In this document: piece after piece, positions 1-9,765 of the stretch
Layout: each line of letters opens with the position of its first letter
Numbering within the stretch: the first letter of the stretch is position 1
NCBI GenBank assembly: GCA_910577205.1
Contig: CAJTMA010000008.1
Span: 2,575-66,574, forward strand
Origin: an uncultured Alphaproteobacteria bacterium
GTDB taxonomy: Bacteria; Pseudomonadota; Alphaproteobacteria; RF32; CAG-239
Length of the DNA: 64,000 bases
Direction of reading: 5' to 3'
Notes under the pieces: generated by a model
Seen by the model: the letters and a program-made list of their open reading frames with translations, nothing else
Database searches by the model: none
What the model was told of the DNA's origin: nothing
Position numbers and translations under genes: made by a program

Positions 1-2836
1 GCTTTAACCAGTCCCAGCCTTTGACAACCGGACGGGAAACATCCAACATAACATCGCCGGACATTCCCAGCACCATATCCTCTACAGAGGCCGCCGGCAG
101 CACCAATTTTCCCGAAGCATTAAAGCGCCCGGAGCGCAAGCCGTAAACCTCGCCGCTCCAATAGCTTCCCGCCACATCTTGGTCTTCAAGATTAAAATTA
201 AGCTGCAATTCAGGTTTATCACCAAGCTTAAGCTCAGCCTGTGTCATAACATTCCGATCATTCAGCAAGGCATTAAAGCTGCCGATTTTAATCTTATCAT
301 CCCGAACATCTGCCGAAACTGCGGCTTTCTTAAATACATAGCCGTTCCAAACCAAATCACCGATATTAAATTTTCCGGTCAGCGTAAAAGTTTTGTAGAA
401 ATCATAACTCAAACGCTCTTTATCCCAAAACGGCTTTGCCAGAAAATCAATCCGCTCGCCGCCGGCTTCCGGCCGCAACGCCATATTGGGCTGAACAGTT
501 GTGCCGCTCTTGGCATTGCCATTATAAAAGAATTTTTCAGGTTCAAAGCGGTTAATATCCAACTCGGTCACAATGTTCGGCTTCGCGCCGCTCTTGTCAA
601 CCCACAGCGTTCCCTGAAAATTATTAGCGCCGACAAACGCATTCATATTGGTTAACTTAAAGATTTTTTCATTTCCGGCAATATGCCCTGTCAGGTTAAA
701 CAACCCCAGTGCATACCCTTTGGGATGATAATTAAAATTAAGGACATTGGCCAATTTAACAAAATCAGGCGCTTTCAGTTCCAGTTCGCCGTTTAACAGG
801 TATCCCTCTTCATTATTGCTGATTCTGCCGCTGTAGCTCAAATCAATATTACCCAGTTTAGATACCGTATTAACGGCAGCCTTATCCATACCGCCGGTCA
901 CAATCCCTTGTGATTTGAATTGCTGCATATCGTTCAAATCAACATTTGGCTTTGGCAATTCAAACTTATTCATAAAAGAGTCAAGATTTTTGGTTTCTAT
1001 GCTATACTTCAGATTTGTTACCTGCGGCTCTTTGCCAAAACCGCTCACCTGCCCTTCGGCACTTACTGCCGCATTGGCAATGCCACCGATTGACAATTTG
1101 CTGATATCCATCACGCCTTTAGCCGTCTTGAGAGATACCTCGGTATTTTCAAACGGCGTATTTTCATAAATGCCCAAATCCAACGTCCCCCGGAAATCGA
1201 CATCAAAATCATTCAATCCGGCAAGCTGCCCAAAACGATAAGCCAACCGTTCTTTAAACGGTTTATCCGTTAATTCTTTAGGCAGTCCCGGCAGATAATT
1301 ATCAAAATTAATACTATCCGATGTCAGCGATAAAAAATATTGAGGACGCTCGCCGCGGATAATCCCGGCCTCCCCCTTGACCACCGTTTTATCTAAAGTC
1401 ACATCCAAAGGCGAAATCTTAATATTATTCAACGTACCGGACACATCGGCTTTACCGGACATCCGCCGATAGGTCGACTGCGCCACCGGAGTAATCTCAT
1501 AGCCAAGCCATGACATAAACTTCAGCGTATCATTACAGGAAAGTTCCGTTTCCAGATTATAGGTCAGCTTTTCATCATTCTCAAAAATATCGCCCTGAAC
1601 ACGAGCCTGTGTTTCCCCGGGAAAAACGCCGCTTAACTCGCGAATATTAAAACTGTTATTGACATAGTCTGCGCTAAATACAAAATCGCGGATCCCCTGA
1701 TTATTATAAGTGGTTTTAATGGCTTTCAAATCAGCCAAAACATCAAAGTCAAAAGCCGGCTCATATACAGCCTCCGGAGCGCTTTGGGCTGCCGCGGCCT
1801 TTTTCAGCAAAGCCACCCACGGCGTCAAATCCAAATCCGTCATATTAAACGCCATTTCAATTCTGCGCCGCTCCTCCGGCTCGCTGCCGTCAATGGCAAA
1901 TTCATTTTCAAACAGCGGAACCAAAATATTTCCGGCACCGGCAGAAGTCCCGAACTTCACCACAATATTTGACATATTGATTTTAGTTTTGCTGGTTTCC
2001 AACTCCATCGACATCGCCAGAGGATAATCTAAGTCTTCATCCAACACCTGATTGGGAAATGTACTGTCAAAAAATTCCTTAAATTTTTTCGATTCGACAA
2101 TCATATTGCCGCTGATGGCATCATTTTTCAGCAGTACCGTCCCGTCAAAACGCAGATAAGACTGGGATGCCGGTTGGTTCAACACAAAATTGACCGACGT
2201 TGCAAAACTTTCCGAAAACTGCCCCAAGGAAATAGCAAATCCTTCGGGATTGCGCCCTTTGACATAGCTTCCTTCAATACGATACGGCCCAAAAACACTC
2301 TCGGCAATAACTTCGCCATTTAAATTATCAAGCTGGGTATTGACGCCGTGCTTTTCATCTTCAAAATTAACTTTGGCTTTTTCCAAAATGACACTGTCCA
2401 AAGCAACTTCCACATTTTCCAAATTGCTTCTCTGTTCGTCAGTCATGGGCGTTTGCCAGTTAAGTTTTCCTTCAGGCATAACCTTAACCCACATTTCCGG
2501 CTCAACCAAGGACATCATCTGCACTTCAAAGTTACCTTGCAACAACGGCCCGAGAGCCAGATTCGCAATCAGGCTTTTAATCGTAGCCAGCGGCTTTTCA
2601 GCCTCGGGTGTCCCATCAGGATTAAATACTTTGATATCTGTTGCCGTCAGCTTCGGAGATGGCAGCAGCGTAAAGCTGACCGGCCCGTCAAAAACCACGC
2701 GTTTTCCAGTAATATCATTAAACTGGGCGGCAATTTTATCCTTATGCTGATTCCAGTCAATCATTGAGATATAAACGGATACCCCGCCGATTGCCAGAAC
2801 AATCACAGCCGCCAAAATTAACCATATTTTTTTCAC
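1..2836 (-). CDS. AsmA-family protein, partial (3' end lies beyond the window start)
   Basis: The frame is open to the window edge, so it is absent from the ORF track. Reading the reverse strand from GTG 2836 (AGGAGA 6 nt upstream) gives VKKIWLILAAVIVLAIGGVSVYISMIDWNQHKDKIAAQFNDITGKRVVFDG. That is one N-terminal membrane anchor followed by a DWNxxK opening that I associate with AsmA N-terminal domains. No long competing ORF exists on either strand across 1-2836. The family call is from memory. Confidence 0.65.
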   Translation of the reverse strand, partial: MKKIWLILAAVIVLAIGGVSVYISMIDWNQHKDKIAAQFNDITGKRVVFDGPVSFTLLPSPKLTATDIKVFNPDGTPEAEKPLATIKSLIANLALGPLLQGNFEVQMMSLVEPEMWVKVMPEGKLNWQTPMTDEQRSNLENVEVALDSVILEKAKVNFEDEKHGVNTQLDNLNGEVIAESVFGPYRIEGSYVKGRNPEGFAISLGQFSESFATSVNFVLNQPASQSYLRFDGTVLLKNDAISGNMIVESKKFKEFFDSTFPNQVLDEDLDYPLAMSMELETSKTKINMSNIVVKFGTSAGAGNILVPLFENEFAIDGSEPEERRRIEMAFNMTDLDLTPWVALLKKAAAAQSAPEAVYEPAFDFDVLADLKAIKTTYNNQGIRDFVFSADYVNNSFNIRELSGVFPGETQARVQGDIFENDEKLTYNLETELSCNDTLKFMSWLGYEITPVAQSTYRRMSGKADVSGTLNNIKISPLDVTLDKTVVKGEAGIIRGERPQYFLSLTSDSINFDNYLPGLPKELTDKPFKERLAYRFGQLAGLNDFDVDFRGTLDLGIYENTPFENTEVSLKTAKGVMDISKLSIGGIANAAVSAEGQVSGFGKEPQVTNLKYSIETKNLDSFMNKFELPKPNVDLNDMQQFKSQGIVTGGMDKAAVNTVSKLGNIDLSYSGRISNNEEGYLLNGELELKAPDFVKLANVLNFNYHPKGYALGLFNLTGHIAGNEKIFKLTNMNAFVGANNFQGTLWVDKSGAKPNIVTELDINRFEPEKFFYNGNAKSGTTVQPNMALRPEAGGERIDFLAKPFWDKERLSYDFYKTFTLTGKFNIGDLVWNGYVFKKAAVSADVRDDKIKIGSFNALLNDRNVMTQAELKLGDKPELQLNFNLEDQDVAGSYWSGEVYGLRSGRFNASGKLVLPAASVEDMVLGMSGDVMLDVSRPVVKGWDWLK

Positions 2837-2876
2837 GCGCGTTCTCCTGCGAATATGTGAACAGATAAAATAATCT

Positions 2877-2905
2877 TTGCTAAATCCAAACAATTTTCCT
2901 ATAGT
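2877..2905 (+). promoter_or_regulatory. Candidate sigma70 promoter for the cdd-deo cluster
   Basis: TTGCTA (2877-2882), a 17-nt spacer, then TATAGT (2900-2905). It lies 45 nt upstream of the cdd ATG in the divergent asmA/cdd spacer. Confidence 0.4.
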
Positions 2906-2950
2906 ATAAACCAGAAATCATTAATAAAGCTTTTAAGGACAAACATCAAG

Positions 2951-3352
2951 ATGACCATGGTTTCCGATTTATTTGCCGCAGCACAAAAAGCCTTTGGCAA
3001 AGCCTATGCGCCTTATTCCAAATTTTGTGTCGGAGCAGCCATACTGGGCGACGACGGAAAAATATATAACGGCTGCAATGTCGAAAATGTTTCCTACCCT
3101 TGCGGCACTTGCGCCGAAGCCGGAGCTATTGCTGCCATGATTGCCGGGGGAAGCAAATCCATCAGCGAAATCCTTATCTTGGCAGACAGCCGTGAACTCA
3201 TTAAACCTTGCGGCGCTTGCCTGCAGCGCATTGCCGAATTTGCCGGAAACGACACCCTGATACATCTTGCCAACCTGACCGGCGTTCAACAAACGCTCAA
3301 ACTTTCTGACCTTATGCCTCTGGCTTTTGCCGCACAGGAGTTATCCCGATGA
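2951..3352 (+). CDS. cdd: Cytidine deaminase (small homotetrameric type)
   Basis: 133 aa. It carries the zinc-ligand motifs CGTCAEAGAI and PCGACLQRIAEF. An ATGA overlap joins it to the next gene. Confidence 0.9.
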   Translation: MTMVSDLFAAAQKAFGKAYAPYSKFCVGAAILGDDGKIYNGCNVENVSYPCGTCAEAGAIAAMIAGGSKSISEILILADSRELIKPCGACLQRIAEFAGNDTLIHLANLTGVQQTLKLSDLMPLAFAAQELSR

Positions 3353-4155
3353 TACACAAAATTGCTGAACAAATTCGCACCCGTTTAGGCACAAAACGGC
3401 CGGAAACCGCCATTATCCTTGGGTCTGGCTTAGGCGCATTAGCCGAAGAAATAACCGATTCCGTCACCATTAACTACGCAGACATTGACGGTTTTCCGCA
3501 AAGCACCGTCCAAGGACACGGCAGCCGCCTGATTGCCGGACAATTGGAGGGGCAAGAAGTCCTGTGTATGCAGGGGCGTTTTCATCTCTACGAAGGACAT
3601 AAACCGCAGGTCATCAACACCGTTATCAAAGCTTTTCAGCTGCTGGGCATAAAGAACCTGATTGTTACCAATGCAGCAGGCTCTCTTAATCCTGACTTTT
3701 CTCCCGGCTCTCTGATGCTTATCCGCGACCATATAAATTTTTCGGGAACTAATCCGTTAATCGGCCCTAACGATGATACACTCGGCCCGCGTTTTCCGGG
3801 AATGGCTGATGCCTACACCGCCGAATACCGCGAAAAAGCCCGCCGAATTGCCGCAAACTTAAACATCCGTCTGAACGAAGGCGTTTATCTCTGGGCGCTC
3901 GGCCCTTGCTTTGAAACCGCAGCAGAAATCAAAATGTTTCAAGTCTTAGGTGGTGACGCAGTCGGTATGTCTACCGTTCCTGAAGTGATTTGCGCGGTGC
4001 ATTCCGGCATGAAAGTCCTCGGCTTATCCGTCATTACCAACTACGGAACAGGCATGAATCAAAGCGCCCCCAGCCACGAAGAAACCTTGCGTGAGGGCAA
4101 TAAAGCCGCCGCTGATTTGACCCGTTTGGTCAAACAATTTATAAAGGAGATGTAA
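3349..4155 (+). CDS. punA: Purine nucleoside phosphorylase (trimeric PNP/MTAP family)
   Basis: 268 aa. The pattern GSGLG..DIDGFPQSTVQGHGSRL..QGRFHLYEGH matches PNP family 2. It is embedded in a deo-type cluster. Confidence 0.85.
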   Translation: MIHKIAEQIRTRLGTKRPETAIILGSGLGALAEEITDSVTINYADIDGFPQSTVQGHGSRLIAGQLEGQEVLCMQGRFHLYEGHKPQVINTVIKAFQLLGIKNLIVTNAAGSLNPDFSPGSLMLIRDHINFSGTNPLIGPNDDTLGPRFPGMADAYTAEYREKARRIAANLNIRLNEGVYLWALGPCFETAAEIKMFQVLGGDAVGMSTVPEVICAVHSGMKVLGLSVITNYGTGMNQSAPSHEETLREGNKAAADLTRLVKQFIKEM

Positions 4156-4156
4156 A

Positions 4157-4891
4157 ATGGATGACGTTACCGCCGCCAAAATTTTGATAAGCTGTCTGGA
4201 CCTCACTTCTCTCGGCGAACATGACACTGAATATCAGATTGAAGATTTATGCGCCCGCGCCGAAACGCCATACGGTCACGTCGCCGCAGTTTGCATTTGG
4301 CCGCAATTCGTTGCCTTGGCAAAGAAGAAACTGAAAAAAACGCCGGTCAAAATTGCAACTGTTGTCAATTTTCCGCATGGAGGAGCTGATTTCAACAAAC
4401 TCCGCGCAGAAATCAAACAAGCGCTTAAATTCGGCGCAGACGAAATTGACGCTGTTTTTCCCTACCATGACTTTTTAGATGGCAATTTAGACACCTGCGA
4501 ACGTTTTATGGAAACAATCGTTGACAGCTGCGGCGAAGCCACAACCAAAATCATCCTGGAAACCGGAGAACTGGTTCAAGCAACCAAAATTGCAACCGCC
4601 ACACAACTATGCTTAAATCATGGTGTAGGCTTCATCAAAACCTCAACCGGCAAAACCCCGGTTTCCGCAACGCCGGAAGCCGCCAACATCATTTTGGAAA
4701 CCATAGCTTCTTCTCGCCGCAAAGCAGGCTTTAAAGCCAGCGGCGGCATTCGCACTATTGAAGATGCCAAAAAATATCTGACCTTATCCCAAACCATCAT
4801 GGGCGGCAATTGGATTTCTCCCGAACACTTGCGTATCGGAGCCAGTTCGCTGCTGGATAATCTGTTGCAAACCATCAAACAAGGATATTAA
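4157..4891 (+). CDS. deoC: Deoxyribose-phosphate aldolase
   Basis: 244 aa. It has KIILETGEL and the Schiff-base lysine motif FIKTSTGK. A 1-nt spacer separates it from punA. Confidence 0.9.
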   Translation: MDDVTAAKILISCLDLTSLGEHDTEYQIEDLCARAETPYGHVAAVCIWPQFVALAKKKLKKTPVKIATVVNFPHGGADFNKLRAEIKQALKFGADEIDAVFPYHDFLDGNLDTCERFMETIVDSCGEATTKIILETGELVQATKIATATQLCLNHGVGFIKTSTGKTPVSATPEAANIILETIASSRRKAGFKASGGIRTIEDAKKYLTLSQTIMGGNWISPEHLRIGASSLLDNLLQTIKQGY

Positions 4892-4892
4892 T

Positions 4893-6206
4893 ATGCTGCC
4901 TCAGGAAATCATTCGCAAAAAACGCAACCGCCAAACCCTGACAAGTGATGAAATTGCCGGATTTATCAATGGCATCACCGACGGAACAATCATGGATGCA
5001 CAGGCCGCTGCCTTAACAATGGCTATTTTTCTCAACGGATTAAACGCCGACGAAACCGTTGCCCTTACCATGGCTATGCGGGATTCCGGGGATGTCCTAA
5101 ACTGGCAGGAGTTTGACGCTCCGATTGTCGATAAACATTCTTCCGGCGGCGTTGGAGATAAGGTCAGCCTTATGCTTGCGCCATTATTGGCTGCCTGCGG
5201 CGTATATGTGCCGATGATTTCCGGCCGTGGCTTAGGGCACACCGGCGGAACGCTGGATAAATTCGATTCTATCCCCGGCTATCAAACCATGCCCGATAAT
5301 GACCTCTTCCGCCGCACGGTTAAAGAAGCAGGCTGCGCCATCATCGGACAAACCGGAAACCTGGCACCCGCCGACAAAAAAATTTACGCCATTCGCGATG
5401 TCTGCGGAACGGTTGAATCAGTCGAACTGATAACCGCCTCCATTCTTTCCAAAAAACTTGCTGCCGGCTTGGAATATCTGGTTATGGATTTGAAATGCGG
5501 CAACGGCGCTTTTATGGATAATCTGGAAAACGCCCGACAGCTGGCACATTCCATTGTCAAAGTTGCCAATGGCGCCGGAACTCGGACTTCCGCCCTGATT
5601 ACCGATATGAATCAGGTTCTCGGACACACCGTTGGAAATGCTTTGGAAATGGCTGAAGCCGTCGATTTCCTCAAGGGACAGAAAATCGATTCCCGACTGC
5701 GGGAAATAACGCTAGCGCTTTGCGCCGAACTCTTGGTTAATGCCCAACAGGCAGCATCTGAAAACGAAGCCCGCGCTAAATTGCAAACAGCATGGGACAG
5801 CGGCCGCGCACTGGAACATTTTGCCCGCATGGTTACCCTGCTCGGCGGCCCGGCAGACTTCTGCGACCGCCCGACACACTACTTAGCTAAAGCGGCAATC
5901 ATCCGCCCGGTCTACGCGCAACACGCCGGCTACGTCAACGCAATGCAAACCAGAGATATCGGCTTAAGCCTGATTAAACTCAAAGGCGGCCGCGTTCGCA
6001 GCGACCAAAAACTGGATTATGCTACCGGATTTACAGAATTTTGCCAAATCGGCGATTATCTTGACAGCAACAAACCGGTAGCCATCATCCACGCACAGAA
6101 CGAAAGCGATTTTGAACAAGCGGCAGCAGACCTACAGGCAGCAATTTCTCTCAACGAAACAAAGCCAACAACCACTGCCCCCGTTATTGAAAAAATTACG
6201 GCTTAA
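4893..6206 (+). CDS. deoA: Thymidine/pyrimidine-nucleoside phosphorylase
   Basis: 437 aa with the DKHSSGGVGDK and SGRGLGHTGGTLDK motifs. Confidence 0.92.
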   Translation: MLPQEIIRKKRNRQTLTSDEIAGFINGITDGTIMDAQAAALTMAIFLNGLNADETVALTMAMRDSGDVLNWQEFDAPIVDKHSSGGVGDKVSLMLAPLLAACGVYVPMISGRGLGHTGGTLDKFDSIPGYQTMPDNDLFRRTVKEAGCAIIGQTGNLAPADKKIYAIRDVCGTVESVELITASILSKKLAAGLEYLVMDLKCGNGAFMDNLENARQLAHSIVKVANGAGTRTSALITDMNQVLGHTVGNALEMAEAVDFLKGQKIDSRLREITLALCAELLVNAQQAASENEARAKLQTAWDSGRALEHFARMVTLLGGPADFCDRPTHYLAKAAIIRPVYAQHAGYVNAMQTRDIGLSLIKLKGGRVRSDQKLDYATGFTEFCQIGDYLDSNKPVAIIHAQNESDFEQAAADLQAAISLNETKPTTTAPVIEKITA

Positions 6207-6210
6207 CCCA

Positions 6211-6240
6211 ATCCCCGGTCAATCCGGGGATTTAAATTTA
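6211..6240 (+). terminator. Terminator-like hairpin after deoA
   Basis: ATCCCCGG-tcaat-CCGGGGAT followed by TTAAATTTA. The U-tract is weak. Confidence 0.45.
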
Positions 6241-6266
6241 CAACAAAATAAATTTATACAAAATCC

Positions 6267-6476
6267 ATGTTTGAAATTCCCTTTTTGTTATGGCTCAATA
6301 ACACATACAAGCGGCATAATAAAACACTGTCATCAAAACTTCCGAATTATGTCAACCGTCCATTCATCAACCATAACCTCATCCACTCGCTGCCAACGCT
6401 TGCAGGGTTAAGTTTTGACCTCCAAGACAACACTAAAAACCTGTTCAGTGATGAATATATTCCCGAACAGCCTTGA
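6267..6476 (+). pseudogene. C-terminal remnant of a sulfatase-fold phosphoethanolamine transferase (EptA-like)
   Basis: The 69-aa ORF reads MFEIPFLLWLNNTYKRHNK..HNLIHSLPTLAGLSFDL. It resembles only the extreme C-terminus of EptA-type enzymes; from memory, E. coli EptA ends VPMLLWLSPDY.KRY...QDNLFSTLLGLTGV. The ~480 upstream residues are absent and there is no SD. Confidence 0.55.
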
Positions 6477-6523
6477 CCTTCCTTTTCCTCCTTACTAAAA
6501 TAATTAACAACAAGGAGAAAAAC

Positions 6524-7717
6524 ATGACACGGGTATTTATTCTGATGATGGATTCGTTCGGTATCGGCGGCGCGCCGGACGCAAGCGATTTCGGCGATGG
6601 CGGCGCGGCAACTTTTGAACACATCGCCGCCGCTCATCCCGATTTGAACATTCCTAACTTAATCAGCCTCGGACTGGTTAATGCCGCACAAGATGCAACA
6701 GGACAACCAATCCGCCTGATGCCTAAATCATCCCCGACAATGAATCTTCCCGCAGCCTTCGGACATATGAAAGAAATGAGCCGCGACAAAGATACAGTAT
6801 CCGGACACTGGGAAATGGCCGGTCTGCCCAACCTTAAAGGCTGGGGACATTTCAAACCGGATTACCCGTCTTTTCCGCCGGAACTGATTGAAAACATCTG
6901 TAAAGAAGCCGGGCTAAGCGGCATTCTCGGCAACAAAGCCGCCTCAGGCACGGTCATCATTCAGGAACTCGGCGAAGAACATATCCGGAGCGGAAAACCT
7001 ATTTGTTATTCATCTGCCGACAGCTGTTTTCAGATTGCCGCCCATGAAGAACATTTTGGGCTGGAGAACCTTTACCGCCTATGCGAGATCGCTTATAAAC
7101 ACGTCCAACCTTACCGCATCGGACGTGTCATCGCCCGTCCCTTTATCGGCGAAAAAGCAGGAGAATTCACCCGCACCACCCGCCGCCGCGACTATGCCGC
7201 CCAGCCTTTCGGCGAAACCTTGCTGGATAAAGCCAAAAATGCCGGACGAAGAGTCTTTGCCATCGGCGCTATTAATGACATTTATGCCCACCGCGGCATT
7301 ACTGACCCAATCCATGCCGCAGAACTTCCCGGCTTATGGGACGCCACTCTTCAAGCGATGAAAGACGCGCCTAACGGCAGTTTGGTCTTTACGAATTTTG
7401 AAGACTTTGATATGTACTACGGGCATCGCCGCGATATAAAAGGCTATGCCCAAGCTTTGGAATATTTCGATTCGCGCCTGCCGGACATTCTGCCCCTCCT
7501 CAAAGAGGATGATGTTGTGTTTATTACGGCCGATCACGGCAACGACCCGGCATTTAAAGGGACGGACCACACCCGCGAACAAGTGCCGGTACTTATGTTT
7601 GGCAAAAACATCCGTCCCCGCAATTTGGGACAACGTGACACCTATGCCGACCTTGGACAAACAGCGGCAGACTTTCTGGACATCCCGCCCCTAAACAGTG
7701 GGAAAAGCTTCAAATGA
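6524..7717 (+). CDS. deoB: Phosphopentomutase
   Basis: The track ORF starts at 6473. AAGGAG lies 6 nt upstream of ATG 6524, giving MTRVFILMMDSFGIGG, a canonical phosphopentomutase N-terminus. The ITADHGNDP metal-site motif is present. Confidence 0.9.
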   Translation: MTRVFILMMDSFGIGGAPDASDFGDGGAATFEHIAAAHPDLNIPNLISLGLVNAAQDATGQPIRLMPKSSPTMNLPAAFGHMKEMSRDKDTVSGHWEMAGLPNLKGWGHFKPDYPSFPPELIENICKEAGLSGILGNKAASGTVIIQELGEEHIRSGKPICYSSADSCFQIAAHEEHFGLENLYRLCEIAYKHVQPYRIGRVIARPFIGEKAGEFTRTTRRRDYAAQPFGETLLDKAKNAGRRVFAIGAINDIYAHRGITDPIHAAELPGLWDATLQAMKDAPNGSLVFTNFEDFDMYYGHRRDIKGYAQALEYFDSRLPDILPLLKEDDVVFITADHGNDPAFKGTDHTREQVPVLMFGKNIRPRNLGQRDTYADLGQTAADFLDIPPLNSGKSFK

Positions 7718-8472
7718 GTTGGACTGCACCTAATTTGCCAAAGGGTAAACACTTATTCTTTGACCGTCATGGCGGTGTTTCTGCCGGAAAATATGCCAGC
7801 CTGAATTATAGCATAAAAAGTGAAGACAGCAGGGAAAATATATTGCAAAATCTTTCCTTGGCTGCCGCCCGCTATAATTTGCAAAGAGAAAACCTGACCA
7901 TTCTCAAGCAAGGCGTCAGTGATAAAGCCGTCTTCATTTCTCAAGCCGAACGCTACCAGCAATTCGCCGACGGCATGGTCACCACCGCCTCCGGAATTAT
8001 ATTAGCCATACGCACCGCCGATTGCTGCCCGGTGCTGTTTTATGATGACGCGCATCAGGTTATCGGTGCGGCTCATGCCGGCTGGCGAGGTGCGCTTCGC
8101 GGTATTCTGGAAAATACGCTGAACCTGATGCTTGAACACGGCGCTCAAACAGCAAACACCCGCGCCGCACTCGGCCCATGCCTGCAACAACCGTCTTTTG
8201 AATGCCAATCAGACATGAGAGATGAGTTTCTGCAGACCGACATAACTGCCGAACGCTTTTTTGCTCCGGGTAAAGATGTAAAACATTTTCATTTTGATTT
8301 AGAAGGATTTGTCATCAGCCGGCTGCAAAACTTCGGCCTGACAAATATCTCAGCCTCCGGCATCGACACCTATCAAAATGAAAATTATTTCAGTTACCGT
8401 CGCAACTGCCACCGTAAATTATTAAACAGCCAATACGACTATCCGACCCACTTATCAACTATAACCCTTTAA
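7714..8472 (+). CDS. pgeF: YfiH/PgeF-family (DUF152, laccase-domain) protein
   Basis: 252 aa with the ADCCPVLFYD and AAHAGWRG motifs. An ATGA overlap joins it to deoB. Confidence 0.8.
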   Translation: MSWTAPNLPKGKHLFFDRHGGVSAGKYASLNYSIKSEDSRENILQNLSLAAARYNLQRENLTILKQGVSDKAVFISQAERYQQFADGMVTTASGIILAIRTADCCPVLFYDDAHQVIGAAHAGWRGALRGILENTLNLMLEHGAQTANTRAALGPCLQQPSFECQSDMRDEFLQTDITAERFFAPGKDVKHFHFDLEGFVISRLQNFGLTNISASGIDTYQNENYFSYRRNCHRKLLNSQYDYPTHLSTITL

Positions 8473-8535
8473 CATCTTCCTTTTTAGCGGAAATTCCGTT
8501 AAACTGACGGCAATATTAATTTTGAAAGCACTTGC

Positions 8536-9702
8536 ATGACCCCGCTCGGAAAACTAACTTTTGCTGTCATCGGCCTCCGCCTGTTTGGCGGCGCAGGTTT
8601 TTTATGGGGAATGTTCCTGGGACATATTCTAATAGACCGCTCGCTGGTCAAAACCTATATTAAAACGCGGCTAAACCAGCTTGATGATACGATTCGCCTC
8701 ATGCTCCCTTTCCGTTTTTACCGTTACTACAATTACCTGATTGATCATGTTTTAGGCAAACTCTGGGGTGTTGTTCTCGGCAGCATAACCTTTGGCTGGG
8801 CAGGCATTGCTATCCTGGGCATCGCGGGACATTTACTGTTTGACTGCCAACGCTGCAAAAACTGCAAAGATTTGCGCTACGCATTTGAAGATTTTTGGAA
8901 TAAAAACCTCGGCAAAATTTCAGGCGGACTGATTGGTTTTTCATGTCACAGCAAAATACTGCTGTTTACCGGGGTTATCCTCGGCTTTTTCTTTGATTCA
9001 TTCCGTCTGGAAGGCGGCTTGCGCACCAAACTTAAACTGGGTCCGGTTCTGAATTTCTGGTATAAAGTAAACCCCTTAAAACTAGCTTTGCGCTCACAGG
9101 AAGCCCGCGACGTTTCATTTGTACAATCCATGGCCGGCTTAGCGGCTAAGATATCTAAAGCTGACGGTTCTGTCAGTGAAAACGAAATCCGCACCTTTAA
9201 AAAACTTTTCAATACAGATAAAAATCCTCAAATTGCCCGCATATTTAATGAGGCCAAACAAACCGTTTCCGACTACCAATCCTACGCCAAGCAATTAAAA
9301 ATATTATCGCGCGATAATTTGGATATGAAAGAAAGCATCATCGAAAACCTGTTCAAAATCGCCGTTGTCGATGGCGAAATCTTAAGCGATGAACAAGATA
9401 TGCTGGAAGATATTGCCAATATTATCGAATTGCCGCAAGGGAACTACACCATCATAAAAGACCGCTTCATTGCGAAGCCTTGCAACGATTCGCTGCAAGA
9501 TTACTATCAGGTTCTCGGCGTTTTCTACAATGCGGGAGATAAAGAAATCAAACGCCGCTGGAAAGAGCTCATCAACCAATACCACCCTGACTTGGCACAA
9601 GCGAAAGGCGCTTCTCCTGAAGAAATCGAAAATTACACCCTGAAAATGGCAGAAATCAATAACGCCTATGAACAAATCATGAAAAGCCGCAAAGCAGGGT
9701 AA
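8536..9702 (+). CDS. DjlA-like membrane co-chaperone (TerB-like domain plus C-terminal J domain) with an extended hydrophobic N-terminus
   Basis: 388 aa. The first ~170 aa are hydrophobic. A TerB-like segment follows (AKISKADGSVSENEIRTFKKLF..VVDGEILSDEQDML), then a J domain (DYYQVLGV..YHPD). Confidence 0.7.
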   Translation: MTPLGKLTFAVIGLRLFGGAGFLWGMFLGHILIDRSLVKTYIKTRLNQLDDTIRLMLPFRFYRYYNYLIDHVLGKLWGVVLGSITFGWAGIAILGIAGHLLFDCQRCKNCKDLRYAFEDFWNKNLGKISGGLIGFSCHSKILLFTGVILGFFFDSFRLEGGLRTKLKLGPVLNFWYKVNPLKLALRSQEARDVSFVQSMAGLAAKISKADGSVSENEIRTFKKLFNTDKNPQIARIFNEAKQTVSDYQSYAKQLKILSRDNLDMKESIIENLFKIAVVDGEILSDEQDMLEDIANIIELPQGNYTIIKDRFIAKPCNDSLQDYYQVLGVFYNAGDKEIKRRWKELINQYHPDLAQAKGASPEEIENYTLKMAEINNAYEQIMKSRKAG

Positions 9703-9765
9703 AACATGACACACAACCTCACTAAACATCACGCCAATCATTTGTGCAGCCCCAAGCCTCCCTTC

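Noticed and set aside
179-2767. Several 60-158 aa plus-strand ORFs in the first 2.8 kb.
   Set aside because: All are antisense to the long open minus-strand AsmA-like frame, and none has a recognisable motif or SD.
6473-6523. Upstream start for deoB (MTFLFLLTKIINNKEKN extension).
   Set aside because: It has no SD, and the extension overlaps the stop codon of the pseudogene remnant (6474-6476). The canonical N-terminus with AAGGAG begins at 6524.
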